A stretch of 57,471 nucleotides of DNA from Phoronis australis (GCA_002633005.1 NMRA01000752.1:1-57471); one strand, 5' to 3'. Positions 13,508-25,647 are shown, counted from the first letter of the stretch. Made by a program: numbers and translations. Notes: generated by a model from the sequence alone, not told the origin.

Positions 13508-13796
13508 GTAGGTAGTGTCTGGCCTGAGGTAACAATGAGTTGCAGTATTGTAGTTAGGTAGTGTCTGGTCTGAGGTAACAATGAGTGGCAGTATTGTAGG
13601 TTGGTAGTGTCTGGTCTGAGGTAACAATGAGTGGCAGTATTGTGAGTAGGTAGTGTCTGGTCTGAGGTAACAATGAGTGGCAGTATTGTAGGTTGGTAGT
13701 GTCTGGTCTGAGGTAACAATGAGTGGGAGTATTCTATGAAGGCAGTGTCTTGTCTGAGGTAACAATGAGTGGCAGTATTGTAGGTTGGCAGTCTTG
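13480..13796 (+). repeat. 46-bp minisatellite, ~7 units; the first unit overlaps the last DSTYK exon
   Basis: Unit GAGGTAACAATGAGTGGCAGTATTGTAGGTTGGTAGTGTCTGGTCT starts at 13480, 13526, 13572, 13618, 13664, 13710 and 13756. Confidence 0.95.
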
Positions 13797-14021
13797 GCTA
13801 ATGACACGGCATTTTGTGATGTAGTAAATAAATTAGACTGTCTGCTGTTTGTATGTTTGGTACTTGCTGGTAGTCTACATTGCAAGTTTGTGAAATATTC
13901 TATGGGTATTTAAACACAAACGATAAACATGACATTGGTTCAAAGCTCAATAAATCAGTCAGGACTCCTCGTTTAATCATGCTCTCCGCAACCATAAAAA
14001 TGATATAGTTACTCGTCTTGA

Positions 14022-14750
14022 AGGCGAAGGCAACCTTTTTGCATGTCATTTTCAGAAAAAATAAGGTTCGTTGATTATCTTAGACATCTGTCTCACTAAA
14101 TTACAGCTTTTTGTAATTTAATTAATTACCCATCCTCTACTCCGGAAGTGACGTTTTGGGAGGCAAGGATTTTGCGCCAATTTCTGTTCATATGGTCTGA
14201 CTGTGAGAGTTGTATAGCCAGTCATTGTTCTACCTTAGTTGTGATGTGTTCGGTCGTTGTTTGTTTTTGTTTACGAGTCAGTCAACATGCCACACTGTTG
14301 CTGCGTACCGGAATGTACTCCTTGTCGTCTCAAGCGCGTTTTGGTAATCCGGCTTTGCATCTCTTTCCGGAGGATGACACACTTCGCCGTCAGTACTTGG
14401 CTCGTTTGGGTGACGCACCGTTACCCGTCCACGCAACGTTCAAAGCAGTGGAGGGTTACCGAGTGTGTGGCAAGCATTTTCTGTCGTCAGATTACGAGAG
14501 AGATATGTACGCTAAATTGACGAAGGTCCCTGTGAAACAACGCGTCAAGAAGGGTGCCATACCGTCGCTGTTGATTCCTGGCAGTGCCCGTCGCGTTTTT
14601 GAAGAGAGAAGTGCGTTTTTGAAGAGAGAAGCCTCGCGAGTCACTACAGTGACTGGAGGTACTTCATCTGCTGTCACCTTTGCCTCCGAACGTACCCCCA
14701 GAGCATGCAATTCCAGGAACTAGCAGTGATTCGCCCTGTGCTGTTGTCTC
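14022..14750 (+). mobile_element. Truncated Kolobok-type DNA transposon 5' end with frameshifted THAP zinc-finger ORF
   Basis: Terminus AGGCGAAGGCAACC follows TTGA (degenerate TTAA). ATG at 14287 gives MPHCCCVPEC, then in another frame HLFPEDD..RVCGKHF..DYE..KKGAIPSL (THAP C2CH plus AVPT-like box). Highly similar to 23619-24951. Confidence 0.8.
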
Positions 14751-15737
14751 TAGACTGTTGAGTTATTTCGTGGGTAGTTTGACTATAAATCAAGTAACAC
14801 AAGATGAGAACAGTGATCGTTTATTCGACTTCCGGCGATAAGAGACGGGAATGCCGGGGGCGTCACCTAGTGGTGAACATAGATAATACAACAAACTCCT
14901 GCCCTTACGAGGAACTTGAGTCATAGTCTAGTGTGCAAATTAACCAAATTAGTCATCTCCCCTGGTCCTAATCGTGCGGTTACTATCTCAACAGAATGCG
15001 CACATTTCGTGAGGATTTGGATCACGGATTTCGCTGATTTATAAATCCACTTACATATAAGTTGAATGCTGGTAAAACCTTTAACATCAATAAAAATCAC
15101 ATTAATACTCCAGGAATAACCAACTGGCCTACTCAAAATCTATCTCGCAATTCAACAGCAGGTTACACACTCATTTCATGCCGGAAGTATGCCGCACAAA
15201 ATCTCTAGACCATCTTAGCCAAGTACAATACATTGCAATCTACGAAAATACAACTAACTAACCCGAGTTTCAACTTCTTTGGAAACATGAAATAGGAACA
15301 CCAGAGGGGTGTGAAGGTTGTTTATATTCTTCAATGATAAATTTTTGAAACCGAACAAATGGTTTTTAAATTTCTTGTCCTAATATTTCCAAACCTTTCA
15401 AACGAACGTTTATGACAAAAACAAAATTCTTCAACCGGTTTTGTAAAGTCCTATACCACCTCTAGGCTACATCATGAACCAAACCTACATGTACTCCTAA
15501 TGTTACAAAAGGGTCCCGTGCGTAAAGGATACTAAGTATTGGCCTTCTGAAATATTACATGAAACGTCAAATCAGATCAAGCGGTTCAGAAGTCCTGACT
15601 TTTGCCTTTTATGAACTTCAGTTGCACTGAACGTAATCTTTTATGAAGTTACCGTAGTTGGCTACAGACTGACCCATTTTTATAAAAACTCGCAACGCCG
15701 AGAAACGTCTACACAAATTACACCCTATCGCTTCCTG

Positions 15738-15970
15738 GAGGAGGCCGTGTAGTCTAGTGTGATAGGTGCCTTCTTTCTTTAATCGAGGTCGTGGGTTCGA
15801 ATCCCACTGGGTCACACTGCTAAACCTTTGGGTCAGGTTTCAAACTCCTAGGCTCGGTTTTAACTATATATTAATAAAGCATAAAATGGTTCCAGGTGAT
15901 CAGTGCAGATGGCCCACATGCGCTGCCTACGCACGTCTGGTACAACGTGTGTCAGAACGCCTGAAATGTT
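15738..15970 (+). mobile_element. tRNA-derived SINE, copy 3
   Basis: GAGGAGGCCGTGTAGTCTAGTGTGATAGG...GGTTCGAATCCC and the same body as copies 1 and 2. No clear TSD. Confidence 0.85.
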
Positions 15971-16559
15971 TTGATGCAGCTCTTGATTTAACAAAGGGTC
16001 TCATTTTTTATGTTTGGTCCGCTATAAATAACACCACAGACCTGGAAGTCCAGTAAACAGTTCTACCTTACAAATTTGACAATCCCTAGTCTCAGAAACG
16101 TTGAGAACTAGGCAAAAGATACTAATGGTGAAATTCCGGTGATGAAAATCGTCCACTTTGTTTATTTACTTCACCAACACAGTTTGAAATAGTCGGTAAA
16201 ATGAAGTCCATTCGACTAAGCGCCATGTGGGTCCCTATGCCAACCCCAATATAGTAGAACCCAACAAGCTCAAATGCGATCAAATCAGGACGGGCATAAA
16301 TAAGGAAATTTACACTATCAACAGACTGGCCAAGTAAGAATAAGATACAAAGTGTTGCTACAGTGCACACGAGCATAATACTTTTCTGCTCTATTTATTT
16401 TCAAAACTTTATTGTGTTACATTTAATTTATTTTCTGTTCAACTCAATGAGGCCACTTAATATAAATGCATTCAACACGATTAATGCATTATAAACACCA
16501 AAAGTTATGCTCTATCAACATGAGACAAAAGCAGTACACCCCTTTCTTAAAAAATGGGT

Positions 16560-16929
16560 TAGAAGTTAGAAATAAAGGACGAGAGCGTACACAAGTTTCC
16601 ATCACTTGTAACGTCGATTTTTGACACGGATGTTGGGGAAGAAAATCAGTCTGGCGACAGCAACACGGAATCGTACGAAGGCGATGATTTTCGAAATTTG
16701 ATTCGTTATGTTGTATGTCTTTTTTTCCCTGCGGTTCAGGATTACTTGTGGATCCAGGAACAAGGACTTAATGATAACGTTGGTGAACGGTAACATCTAT
16801 TTGAGGTGTTACAACTGTCATCGATATTGTCATCTTCTGTGTTTTCATCCAACCATCCCTGATGAAAACTTGAATGAAGAAGACCTTCAGTACTTGAGTG
16901 AGCACGGTATGCTGTGTGATTTATGTTGA
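16560..16929 (+). pseudogene. Decayed ORF end: acidic tract followed by a C-terminal PHD-like finger, probably from a DNA transposase
   Basis: DTDVGEENQSGDSNTESYEGDD..YVVC..LWIQ, then after a frameshift CYNCHRYCHLLC..LCDLC-stop (C4HC3-like spacing). Confidence 0.4.
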
Positions 16930-18511
16930 ATTATTCAACGGTTCTTTTAAGAACCATTTCACGCTATACCTAAGCCTCATGCAAAGTACAACCAACGGCA
17001 TATTTAAAAGCCACTTAACACTTCCCAGAAGAATTGCTCAGTTGAGAAACTTAAGTTGAATTATAATTAAACATACGGAGGTTAGACCAGTGAAATCGTT
17101 GCACAGGCGCATTTTTTAATCCGAATGGATCAACTGAAATTTTCGGATATAATAACATCCTTCGTAAACAGAAACAGAAACAAAGTAAAATCAAACACTA
17201 CATGACAATTGGCATTTAAGATGTGGCGTAATGAATATGACCAGTAGCATTGCCAAAAGTACTCGCAATACCAACAGTTCTACAATCGGAAGGCTTTGAA
17301 CATCGTTTGAATGCCGAAACTATTTTTTTTTCGTTGTACTGGACAGTAAATTAGATGCGAGAATTTCCCGTCACAATACACTAACCCGAAACTGAACCAG
17401 GTAATTTAGGAAAGTGACGCCTCCTCTAGGATAGCACGGAAGAAAATGTCGGAGTTGCTGTTGTCTATAATCCATGATGTAATTAATAGGCCGCTGTAAA
17501 CCGCATTCTGTCGAAGAACTTTTGGTTTACACCGCTGACCACCATAAAATTGATCTCGACCGTTTCCTTACTCAGATGGGAATCAATTCTTGGTCTTAGA
17601 AAGAACTGGCATGTTTGCACGTGACCACGCGCGGCGAGTATGAGGACTCGCCGGATCGTAAGCCAATTTATTGATATTTGGGTACTATCGGTTCTTTCCA
17701 AGCCCATAAATCACCTATTTTGCCGAGATATAACGTTCATCCGATTTATGGGCAATAATGTTATCTGTTTTATTCACCTATACTCATGAAAAAAAATGAA
17801 AAGAAAACAAAAATGAGGGACAAATTGAAACCAGCTTACTAATGGTAAGTTTCTGAGACGATGCCGGTTTTATAGTTGTTCTAATTAACCACTGAGCCAA
17901 AACACCGCAATAGAAATCTTTAGTAACATGATTCCCGAGTTTCTATAGTGCGCTTTATCGAAATTTGCTAACCCGCCAGACGGCGATCAGGTTAGGTGGA
18001 CATACGTTCAACGCCACCTACATGTACATGTACAAATCTCATGTAATTCGGATGTGAGATTTCAACCTACTAGAATAAACACTAACAGTGTTTCGACACT
18101 TTTCGTCCTACTATAATATCGGCAAATGTCCTCTGCTTTGCGGCGGAGTTTACCAAATGAATGCCTTTCGATAAAAGACAAACCTTTTGAAATATCAATC
18201 AAGGAGTAATGACGTCATCTTCCATACATTTCCCACTGCAAAGATGTATCCACGACAAAACCAGTGGCTACCGCTGCAAAAGCAGGAGAATTTCAATCCC
18301 AGTCGGTGTCAAAAAACTAAACTAAATTAATGAAATAAACAAGTATTTGGAGGGACTGACAGTGGAACTTATGCCTCTTTGTATTTATGAACCACTGCGC
18401 AATTTCTGTACACCAATCGGAAATCACTTTCGTGCTCTCCGTACTTCTATTCTTCCACTAGGCAGAATTTGTCGAAACATTACATCACCAACCTGAGTTC
18501 TGGTCTTTCAG

Positions 18512-18712
18512 GTATTGGTACAACACGGCTGCGATGACAATAGCTGAGGATGTTGGCAAGGGGGTATCGAACTTACCACCAGTTAACCACGACGTCTACC
18601 GGTGGCCTGATGATTTACTTCGACCTACTGCTGTTGTTCTTGTGGCGTCGAAGGCACACTTAAAATCACTGAAGAAAGAATTCGGGAAAACGGCATACGA
18701 GTCGAAGAAATT
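18512..18712 (+). CDS. CMPK2: CMPK2-like (thymidylate-kinase-family UMP-CMP kinase 2) internal exon
   Basis: TTTCAG|G...TT|GTAAGC boundaries. Translates (R)YWYNTAAMTIAEDVGKGVSNLPPVNHDVYRWPDDLLRPTAVVLV, matching the CMPK2 signature DRYWHSTATYAIATEV..LPPAHHPVYQWPEDLLKPD. Confidence 0.82.
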
Positions 18713-19873
18713 GTAAGCAAGTTTTATCATTAGGAGCACGGCACTTAGTCAATATGTGTGATACAGTCAATTCGAAAAAATCAAATAGAAAAGGAGTACA
18801 GAATATGACGATAGGTAGGCACAAACAAGTGTTAGCATTTCTCTTTATCCAACGTCATATGCAGTGTGTGTATACAGTATGCGGGAGCATACTGATTTGG
18901 GCGTCCTGAGTTCTTCGACAAACTTCTCGAAAAATCTTCATAAAATTAATTCGGCTCGGGTAGGCCCTCTATTGAATAGGTCGATCCTAGTGACAAATTC
19001 TCATGCTTGGCAAATTCCTTACTGATGCGTATTGGCACACGATTTCCATGTCAAGCATAGAGCCGACTTGAGACAGAACCTCGAGAGCGCTGTTCCTACA
19101 GTACCATAATACTTCTACTTTAGTGTATGTTTTTTGCGCCGTCTTCTAAGGCTGCCAACATCCCCGATGGCTGTTCACAATTTTCTATCACTGCTCCCTG
19201 CAATGGCAATGTTTAAAATATTGAGCACCACTTTACTAGAGGTCGTGTGCCTGCTATACATCAGCGTAGTTAGAAGCATGCAAATACATCTTTAAATGGT
19301 CGTGCTGCAGCGGGTGCGTTTTTGTGAAGGTGACACTTGAATCTTCGCCTTAGTGAAACGATTGCCATTGACCTAAACGTGATGTAAGCTCGCATTGAAG
19401 CCGAGTGACCATCCTTATAAACCACTCTAATGCATTATTCGCCAATATAAAACTAAGAAACGATCGTCTTAGCTAAGACCAGACTTACGACCTTGGATAA
19501 AACGGGGCCCAGATGAGTTCTTGTGAACTCTTGGCCTTGCTCTTTCTGTTGTATATCGATTACTCCTTTCTGTCCTTTTTATAGTCACAATGTTGGATTA
19601 AACGCGACAATCTCACACGAGGGGACACTTCCTAGTCAGCCACAAGGGTTTACATTTTTCGACATTCCTACGTCAAACTCACTGCAAAGTGATCTTCGAG
19701 TGTCGAGGACTGCACGACGAGACGATTTCCTCGCCACCTATTTCTTCTTGTGCAATTTGTTTGGATAAAATTTATTATAGGCAATTATGACCATACTGCC
19801 TACAGACGTAAATACATGTGGTGTGAAGAATGGCTTGCATAAGCCTTCACACGGGGTTGGATTAATTACTAAA

Positions 19874-22573
19874 AGGAGAAGGCAACCATTTTAGCACCAA
19901 TTTTAGTTAAAACGCGATTTTCTGGTTTCCTTATACAATTGATTAACGTATCAAATTTCTCCAGAGTCTAATAAAAGATGTATTTCGATCCTCTTTAGCT
20001 GTCAATGTTAAATTCTAAAGCAAAGCGCTCTGAAATTTAAAAGCATTACACTATGGATCTTGAATTATTTCGAAATGAACCTGCAACCCAAATCACAGGC
20101 AATGCGCACATGCCAATTCCAATAAACTCGGAATCATTTTCGTGACTTTGCTGATGCTTTCGATGTTCTTGTTGGCAACGGATCTAGTAGTAGTAGTGGT
20201 AGTGGTGGTGGTGGTGGTGGTGGTGGTAGTGGTAGTGGTAATACACTTTATCCTATCATGGAAAGGGAGTTGGTAAAAGGCTTCAAAACGCGAAATGATT
20301 GTGATAGAATCTCAGGGGTTACACATCAACACAACATTCATACATGAAACTTTTTTCGGCGGCCAAATTTACGAATTTACGATTCAGTAACACAGCACGT
20401 CATTAAGTTTCTACATTACAGCACTTTTTCGAAAAGTCTGTTAACCCAATATCTACAGAATTAGAGGGTTCAGAAAAGTACAACCGAATCGCATTACATG
20501 TTTAACGTACCTGTAGTTTATAACGTTCGATCGCCCCAATATACTCTTTCTACAATTCGTTTTTAATGAACACGGATACAAAACTTGAAACACACGCGTG
20601 TTCGTGGATGGTGTAACCACCAAATAATTATGTCGCGGTCGAACCGCTGTTCAGCATTGATCGTATTGTGGTGGTCTTTAAAAGTTCACGATAATTCTCG
20701 TGGAAAATAGATGGAATTTTGAAGCCAAAGCTTCCGGTAACTTTTCAATAGTTTTAGTGCCATTTTCGTGCAACTTCCCGTTCCGGATTTTTGCCAACAA
20801 AAATCGTTAACTTTTGAAATCAGCGTCATTTTCCGTTCGATTTTCATCGGGATTTTCGCTTTACGACAAAAATATATGGGCTTGAACACGGTCACTCTTC
20901 ACTCATATTTTCAGAAACGTCAAAAAAACGACGAAACTTTACAACTCACACATGTGCTCACGACACCCAGGAGAACGAATTACTTAGAATATTGTGGCAC
21001 TGCGCTAATCAGACCGTTGCGGATTCATAAATTCGTGAAATTTGTTACTTTCTCAGGAATTTTAACTCAGGTTTACAGATATTCCAAGCTAATTTCTGTG
21101 TATTTACTTTGAAATTATCAGTTTAAATTGAATTCTTAGCGGATATAAAAATTCAAAACAAAAGAAACCGCTTTACCGCGAAGTAATACTAAAAGTTACT
21201 TCAAACTCGGCTGATCTGACCGAAGCAATCTCAGCTAAAACTTCACCGATATTTACGGAGAGAGCACGTAAGGAGGTCAAAAATTTATGAAGATTTCGAA
21301 TCTTCTATTAGTTTAAATCCGTCAGAAGAGCGAAAAAGTGAAAACAGATGTACTTGTTTCGTTAGGCAACTCTTATCTTAACACCATCAGCAAATGTGTA
21401 TTGGGGTGAAATGGCATGTTACCGGACAAATAAAGGCATGCGGTTTACCCAGGAATTTCGACCGTCCCGAAAACGAGGGGAGGATTTCCGGACCAAAACA
21501 CGTTATGTTAATTCGATTTTCGTTTTTATCCAGGTAAACAGGGCGAAATGTTGCTTATGCATGGGTCACTCCCGAAGTGCCGTTCACGACCCAAATCTTT
21601 GACCCGTCATCTTTGTCTAAATGTATTTCGTAGTATGCTTGACACTATAGAGGCTTCATTATGTTCGTCGCCTTGTAACATTGAGACCTTGCTAAGAGCA
21701 ATTCAGCAAGAATGCAGCGTTGCCGGTTCACGCCACTACTAATGCGGTACAAAACTATCTTGTGTATGGCAATCACTTCTTTCCTTCATATTACGAAAGG
21801 GAATTTCTACAAATATCATGGAGTTACCTCCAATCGATATTCCTCTTCCGTGCTGTGTCACCACCTTCTCGGGATTGTCTTTCTGAAACGTAAAGTGTAA
21901 TGATCTGCAGCCAGTGTTGTGTCTCTCTTACGTGTGCACAGCCACCACATCGTTCAAGTCCATCAACCAGAACAGAGCTTCGTGGAATGGTGGTGTCTCC
22001 AGCCTAGAGCCTATAAGCACAACTACATTTTCCAGCAGTGTTTCAGCCTCGTCGTACTCTCAACAAATCCTAAATTCCACTGTGATTTCCCAGGCCATGC
22101 CCGTTCAGCATTTGCACCAAAACGTACCATTGGGTCTGCCCTCAACGACGTCTTACTCAATTGGCTTGATCTCAGCCTGAGCCTATACGCGTATCTCAAT
22201 GTATTCCACTTCCTGCGGCCTGTTCATGAAAGAATTCGTCGTCACGTCCACTGCTTACCATATCCCCGTCACTGAGCCACAAATTGTGGTGTCTGATCAA
22301 ACAGTGAATAAATCTCCCTCAGTTTGTTGACCGAGAATACTGGGCGATGGCAAATTTTGTTACATGTAAGTAGTATACAATAAACACATGTTCAAAATGA
22401 ATCATTGAACATACGTAGATGACACGAAATAATCTAGGCCATAAAAGACATTTCCGGATTGACCCATGCATTATTCATTTGAGTACTGGGGAATTTTTTT
22501 GAACTTCAAACTTTGTCTAGGATAACCAGAAAATCGTACTTTGAATAAAAGACTATAAAACGGTTGCTTTCCT
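19874..22573 (-). mobile_element. Possible old Kolobok element inside the CMPK2-like intron, carrying a decayed KolX-like ORF (~21740-22180, - strand)
   Basis: Left end AGGAGAAGGCAACC resembles the other Kolobok termini; the right end GGTTGCTTTCCTG-TTAA is a weak match. The - strand reads FWCKC*TGMAWEITVEFRIC*EYDEAE...EEEYRL...EVIAIHKIVLYRI, resembling the KolX pattern WCxCGxC..E..CC..YR..IPxCVxxxIR. Confidence 0.4.
20186..20240. repeat. (GTA/GTG)n microsatellite
   Basis: TAGTAGTAGTAGTGGTAGTGGTGGTGG... seen directly. Confidence 0.9.
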
Positions 22574-22600
22574 GTTAAGTCGACTAAATTCGTGTTTCAG

Positions 22601-22913
22601 GATGATGGAAGTTTTTAAACGCATGCGAACATCATCTTTTGTGGAACTTAAGAATAGCAACGACAGTTGCAAAGCGGCAGCCATGTTTGCCGTCGATCGG
22701 CTGAAAGGCATGCGCGTCCTCGATTCAAACGTCTTGGCCGTGAACGAGGCTTGTCCTGCATACCAAGACAGTCACGTGGTCAAGTCGGAACTCAGTGTAC
22801 TTCAGCGCCACTATACCGCTGTGGACCTAGGAGCGACGCCGAATGAGGAGGACAAATATTGTGACAGACTGAGTGCCGCCATTCATTCGCCAGCTAAAGT
22901 TCGATTCTTCTGA
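22601..22913 (+). CDS. CMPK2: CMPK2-like terminal exon with C-terminal extension
   Basis: TTTCAG|G acceptor in the phase needed to join exon 18512-18712 (TT+G = Leu). MMEVFKRMR aligns with the CMPK2 'VEMSYQRMENP' segment. Open to TGA at 22911-22913. Confidence 0.7.
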
Positions 22914-23618
22914 CGTAACCAGTAACGTCCAATGACCAGTCGTAAGTCTTTCCACATTTCAGGTGGTGAAGCGATAAGACGATGTTTTGTAAAGTCTTGC
23001 GTGCTTGACAATCGCTAAGTTTCTAAACGCTACCACGAACTTCCCTTCTGCCGAAAAGACTTATTTTGATTTAAATTACTCAGTGTATATTCTCCACAGT
23101 TAGAAAATTGAATGTACAGCGCGATTTTCAATAAAATATTTCACATTTCGTTGTTCGTGTTAGTCCACCCGCCTCCACCCCGTTATAACGTTTTCACAAA
23201 GCGTAGATATTGTAATGTCAGGTTTCTGTCTCCGAACTTTCTGTGCAGTTGCACAAAGTTCATCGTCGGGTTCACTAGCATCACACAGCAGGAAATGAGG
23301 AAATTGCTAAAGAGAATGCTAAAGAGAACCACAGTTTATCTAGCCGTGGATATAGTTAATCAAGAAGCCGTTGCTATGGTTAATGCCTGGAAAACCCTGT
23401 CTTTTATAGGGATGAAACATGTCACTCCAAAGCATCCCAGCGCCTCAAATATACCATCTTCAAAGATCGATTAGTTTGGATTGGTGACAAATTGAAGAAA
23501 TTCTATTTAAATGACAATTGAAAACACGCTAAAAGGCTCCCAAAACAGTGACCCCTTCCTGGTATTGTCTTTCTCCTATAGGGTAGTTGGTAGACGGCGT
23601 TTGTAGTGGGACACTTAA

Positions 23619-24951
23619 AGGCGAAGGCAACCTTTTTTCATGTCATTTTTAGCAAAAATAAGGCTCGTTGATTATCCCAGACAAATTTTTCACTTATTTA
23701 CTGCTTTTCGTAATTTATTTTATTACTCGTCGTCTACTCCGGAAGTGATGTTTTGGGAGGCAAGAATTTTGCGCCAATTTCTTCTCATATAGTCCGACTG
23801 TGAGAGCAGTCTAGTCAGTCATTGTTCTACCTCAGTTATGATAAGTTCGGTCGTCGTTTGCGTTTGCTTACGAGTCAGTCAACATGCCACGCGATTGCTG
23901 CGTACTGGGGTGTACTCATTATCGTCTCACGTACTGAGGAAGAACTGTCCCACTTGCCCGAGTGTCCCGCGACACACTCCCACTGGAGGGTGATCTGAGC
24001 ACCCAAACTGCTTACATCCAGTCGTGTGACTCCCTCGCTACACACCTGGCACCTTCTAAATAGCTCCAATACAAGCCCACAATAAACTTATCAAACTTAG
24101 GCTCACCGATCTGTTCATTGAATGACGAGCTGTCCTCTTCACTGGGTGTCGAACTGGGCCTGTATTCACTCCCACTACTCAACATCGCTGCAGGGCTGCT
24201 TACAGGCTCTGGGCAAGAGACAACAGCACAGGGCGAATCACTGCTAGTTCCCGGAATTGCACGCAATGTGGTACGTTCGGAGGCACAGGTGACAGTAGAT
24301 GAAGTGCCTCCAGTCACTGTTTATAGTGGCCACAGCTCACGAGGCTTCTCGCTTCAAAAACGAACTTCTCGGGGTTGGCAACGGGGCACTGCCGGGAATC
24401 AGCGACGGTATGGCACCCTTCTTCAGGCGTTGTTTCTCAGGGACCTTCATCAATTCAGCGTACATATCTCTGTCATAATCTGACGGCAGAAATTGCTTTC
24501 CACACACTCGTTAACCCTCCACTGCTTTGTACGTTGCGTGGACGGATAGCGTTGCTGCGTTCTTCACATGAACGAGCTAGCCAAGTACGGCAAAGTGTGT
24601 CATCCTTCGGAAAGCGACGCAAGGTATCCAAAGCGCGTGAGACGATAATGAGTACATCCCGGCACGCAGCAACAGTGTCAGTGGCATGTTGACTGACTTG
24701 TAAACAAAAGAAAACGACGACCGAACTTATCACAACCGAGGTAGAACAATGACTGACTCGACAGCTCTCACAGTCAGACTATAATGAAAAGAAATTGGAG
24801 CGAAACTCTTGCCTCCCAAAACGTCACTTCCGGAGTAGAGGACGAGAAATTAATCAAATTACGAAAAGCTGTAATTAAGTGAAAAATGTGTCTGGGATAA
24901 TCAAGGAACCTTTTTTGCTAAAAGTGACTTGAAAAAAGGTTGCCTTAGCCT
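23619..24951 (-). mobile_element. Non-autonomous Kolobok-type element with TTAA TSD, ~315-bp inverted arms and a decayed THAP-transposase 5' region
   Basis: TTAA at 23615-18 and 24952-55, AGG...CCT termini, arms 23619-23931 and 24636-24951. The - strand encodes frameshifted THAP motifs and LFRRCQVC..G..WECVAGHSGKWDS (Kolobok CxxC..CxxGHxxxWxS motif). Confidence 0.85.
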
Positions 24952-25301
24952 TTAACATTTTTCGTGAATTATTTGCGACCATCATGCCGTCAAATTATCA
25001 CTGGGACTCTGAAATATTACCTGATTCCGATCTCGCCCTCGACAGTGGAGTTGGGTTTCTGCCAATGTTTTATAATATCAGCAAGTTCACCAATTAAGAA
25101 ACAACGAGTTATTGGTATTTAAACAAGGAGCTCGCCAGATCGTCAAGGTTCGCAATATTCCAGTTTCTTTGTCGTTTAGCTTTGGTCTGTCATTTTTCGA
25201 ATCCCTAGTACCTCAAGCATTCCCCATTCATCTCCCGGTGTCAGTTGCTTAACTAAAATTATGTCTCGCACAGCATTATCGCTTAACTTATACATGTACA
25301 A

Positions 25302-25460
25302 CAGGGGCGGATCCAGAATTTTTAAAAAGAAGGGTCGGATCAGGGATTTTTTTAAAAAGGGGGTCCAAGTCAACAATTTTAAAATTCTAGATTTGATATA
25401 GCTGAAATCAAGGGAAAAAATGGGGGTCCAAACCCCCTTGACCCCCTGGATCCGCCTATG
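25302..25460. mobile_element. Short hAT-like MITE (CAGGGGCGGATCCAG...CTGGATCCGCCTATG); relatives near 4700-4875, 47990-48257, 49926-50159, 54790-54950
   Basis: Terminal inverted repeats, flanks TACAA/TAGAA, and the recurring GGCGGATC/GATCCGCC motif. Confidence 0.65.
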
Positions 25461-25510
25461 TAGAACGTGGGATCATCAGTGAAGTAGAGGATTACAAGTT
25501 CTTGTGAAAA

Positions 25511-25592
25511 CTGGATATTTATCTGACTCTGAGTACATGGGCTCGGTACTGGATATATATCTGACTCTGAGTACATGGGCTCGGTGCTGGAT
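25511..25592. repeat. 38-bp tandem duplication
   Basis: CTGGATAT.TATCTGACTCTGAGTACATGGGCTCGGT occurs twice. Confidence 0.9.
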
Positions 25593-25647
25593 TCAACTCA
25601 CGGTATGTTTTTAAGTAAGAATTATTAATTTTCTCGCACGACATATA

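Noticed and set aside
13480-13796. CRISPR-like array, or the repetitive proteins from ORFs 13391-13885 and 13405-13719
   Set aside because: The units are contiguous with no unique spacers, the context is eukaryotic, and the ORFs are by-products of the minisatellite.
14148-14723. Domesticated host THAP gene
   Set aside because: The N-terminal Cys pair is out of frame, and the ORF lies within a transposon end that is repeated at 23619-24951.
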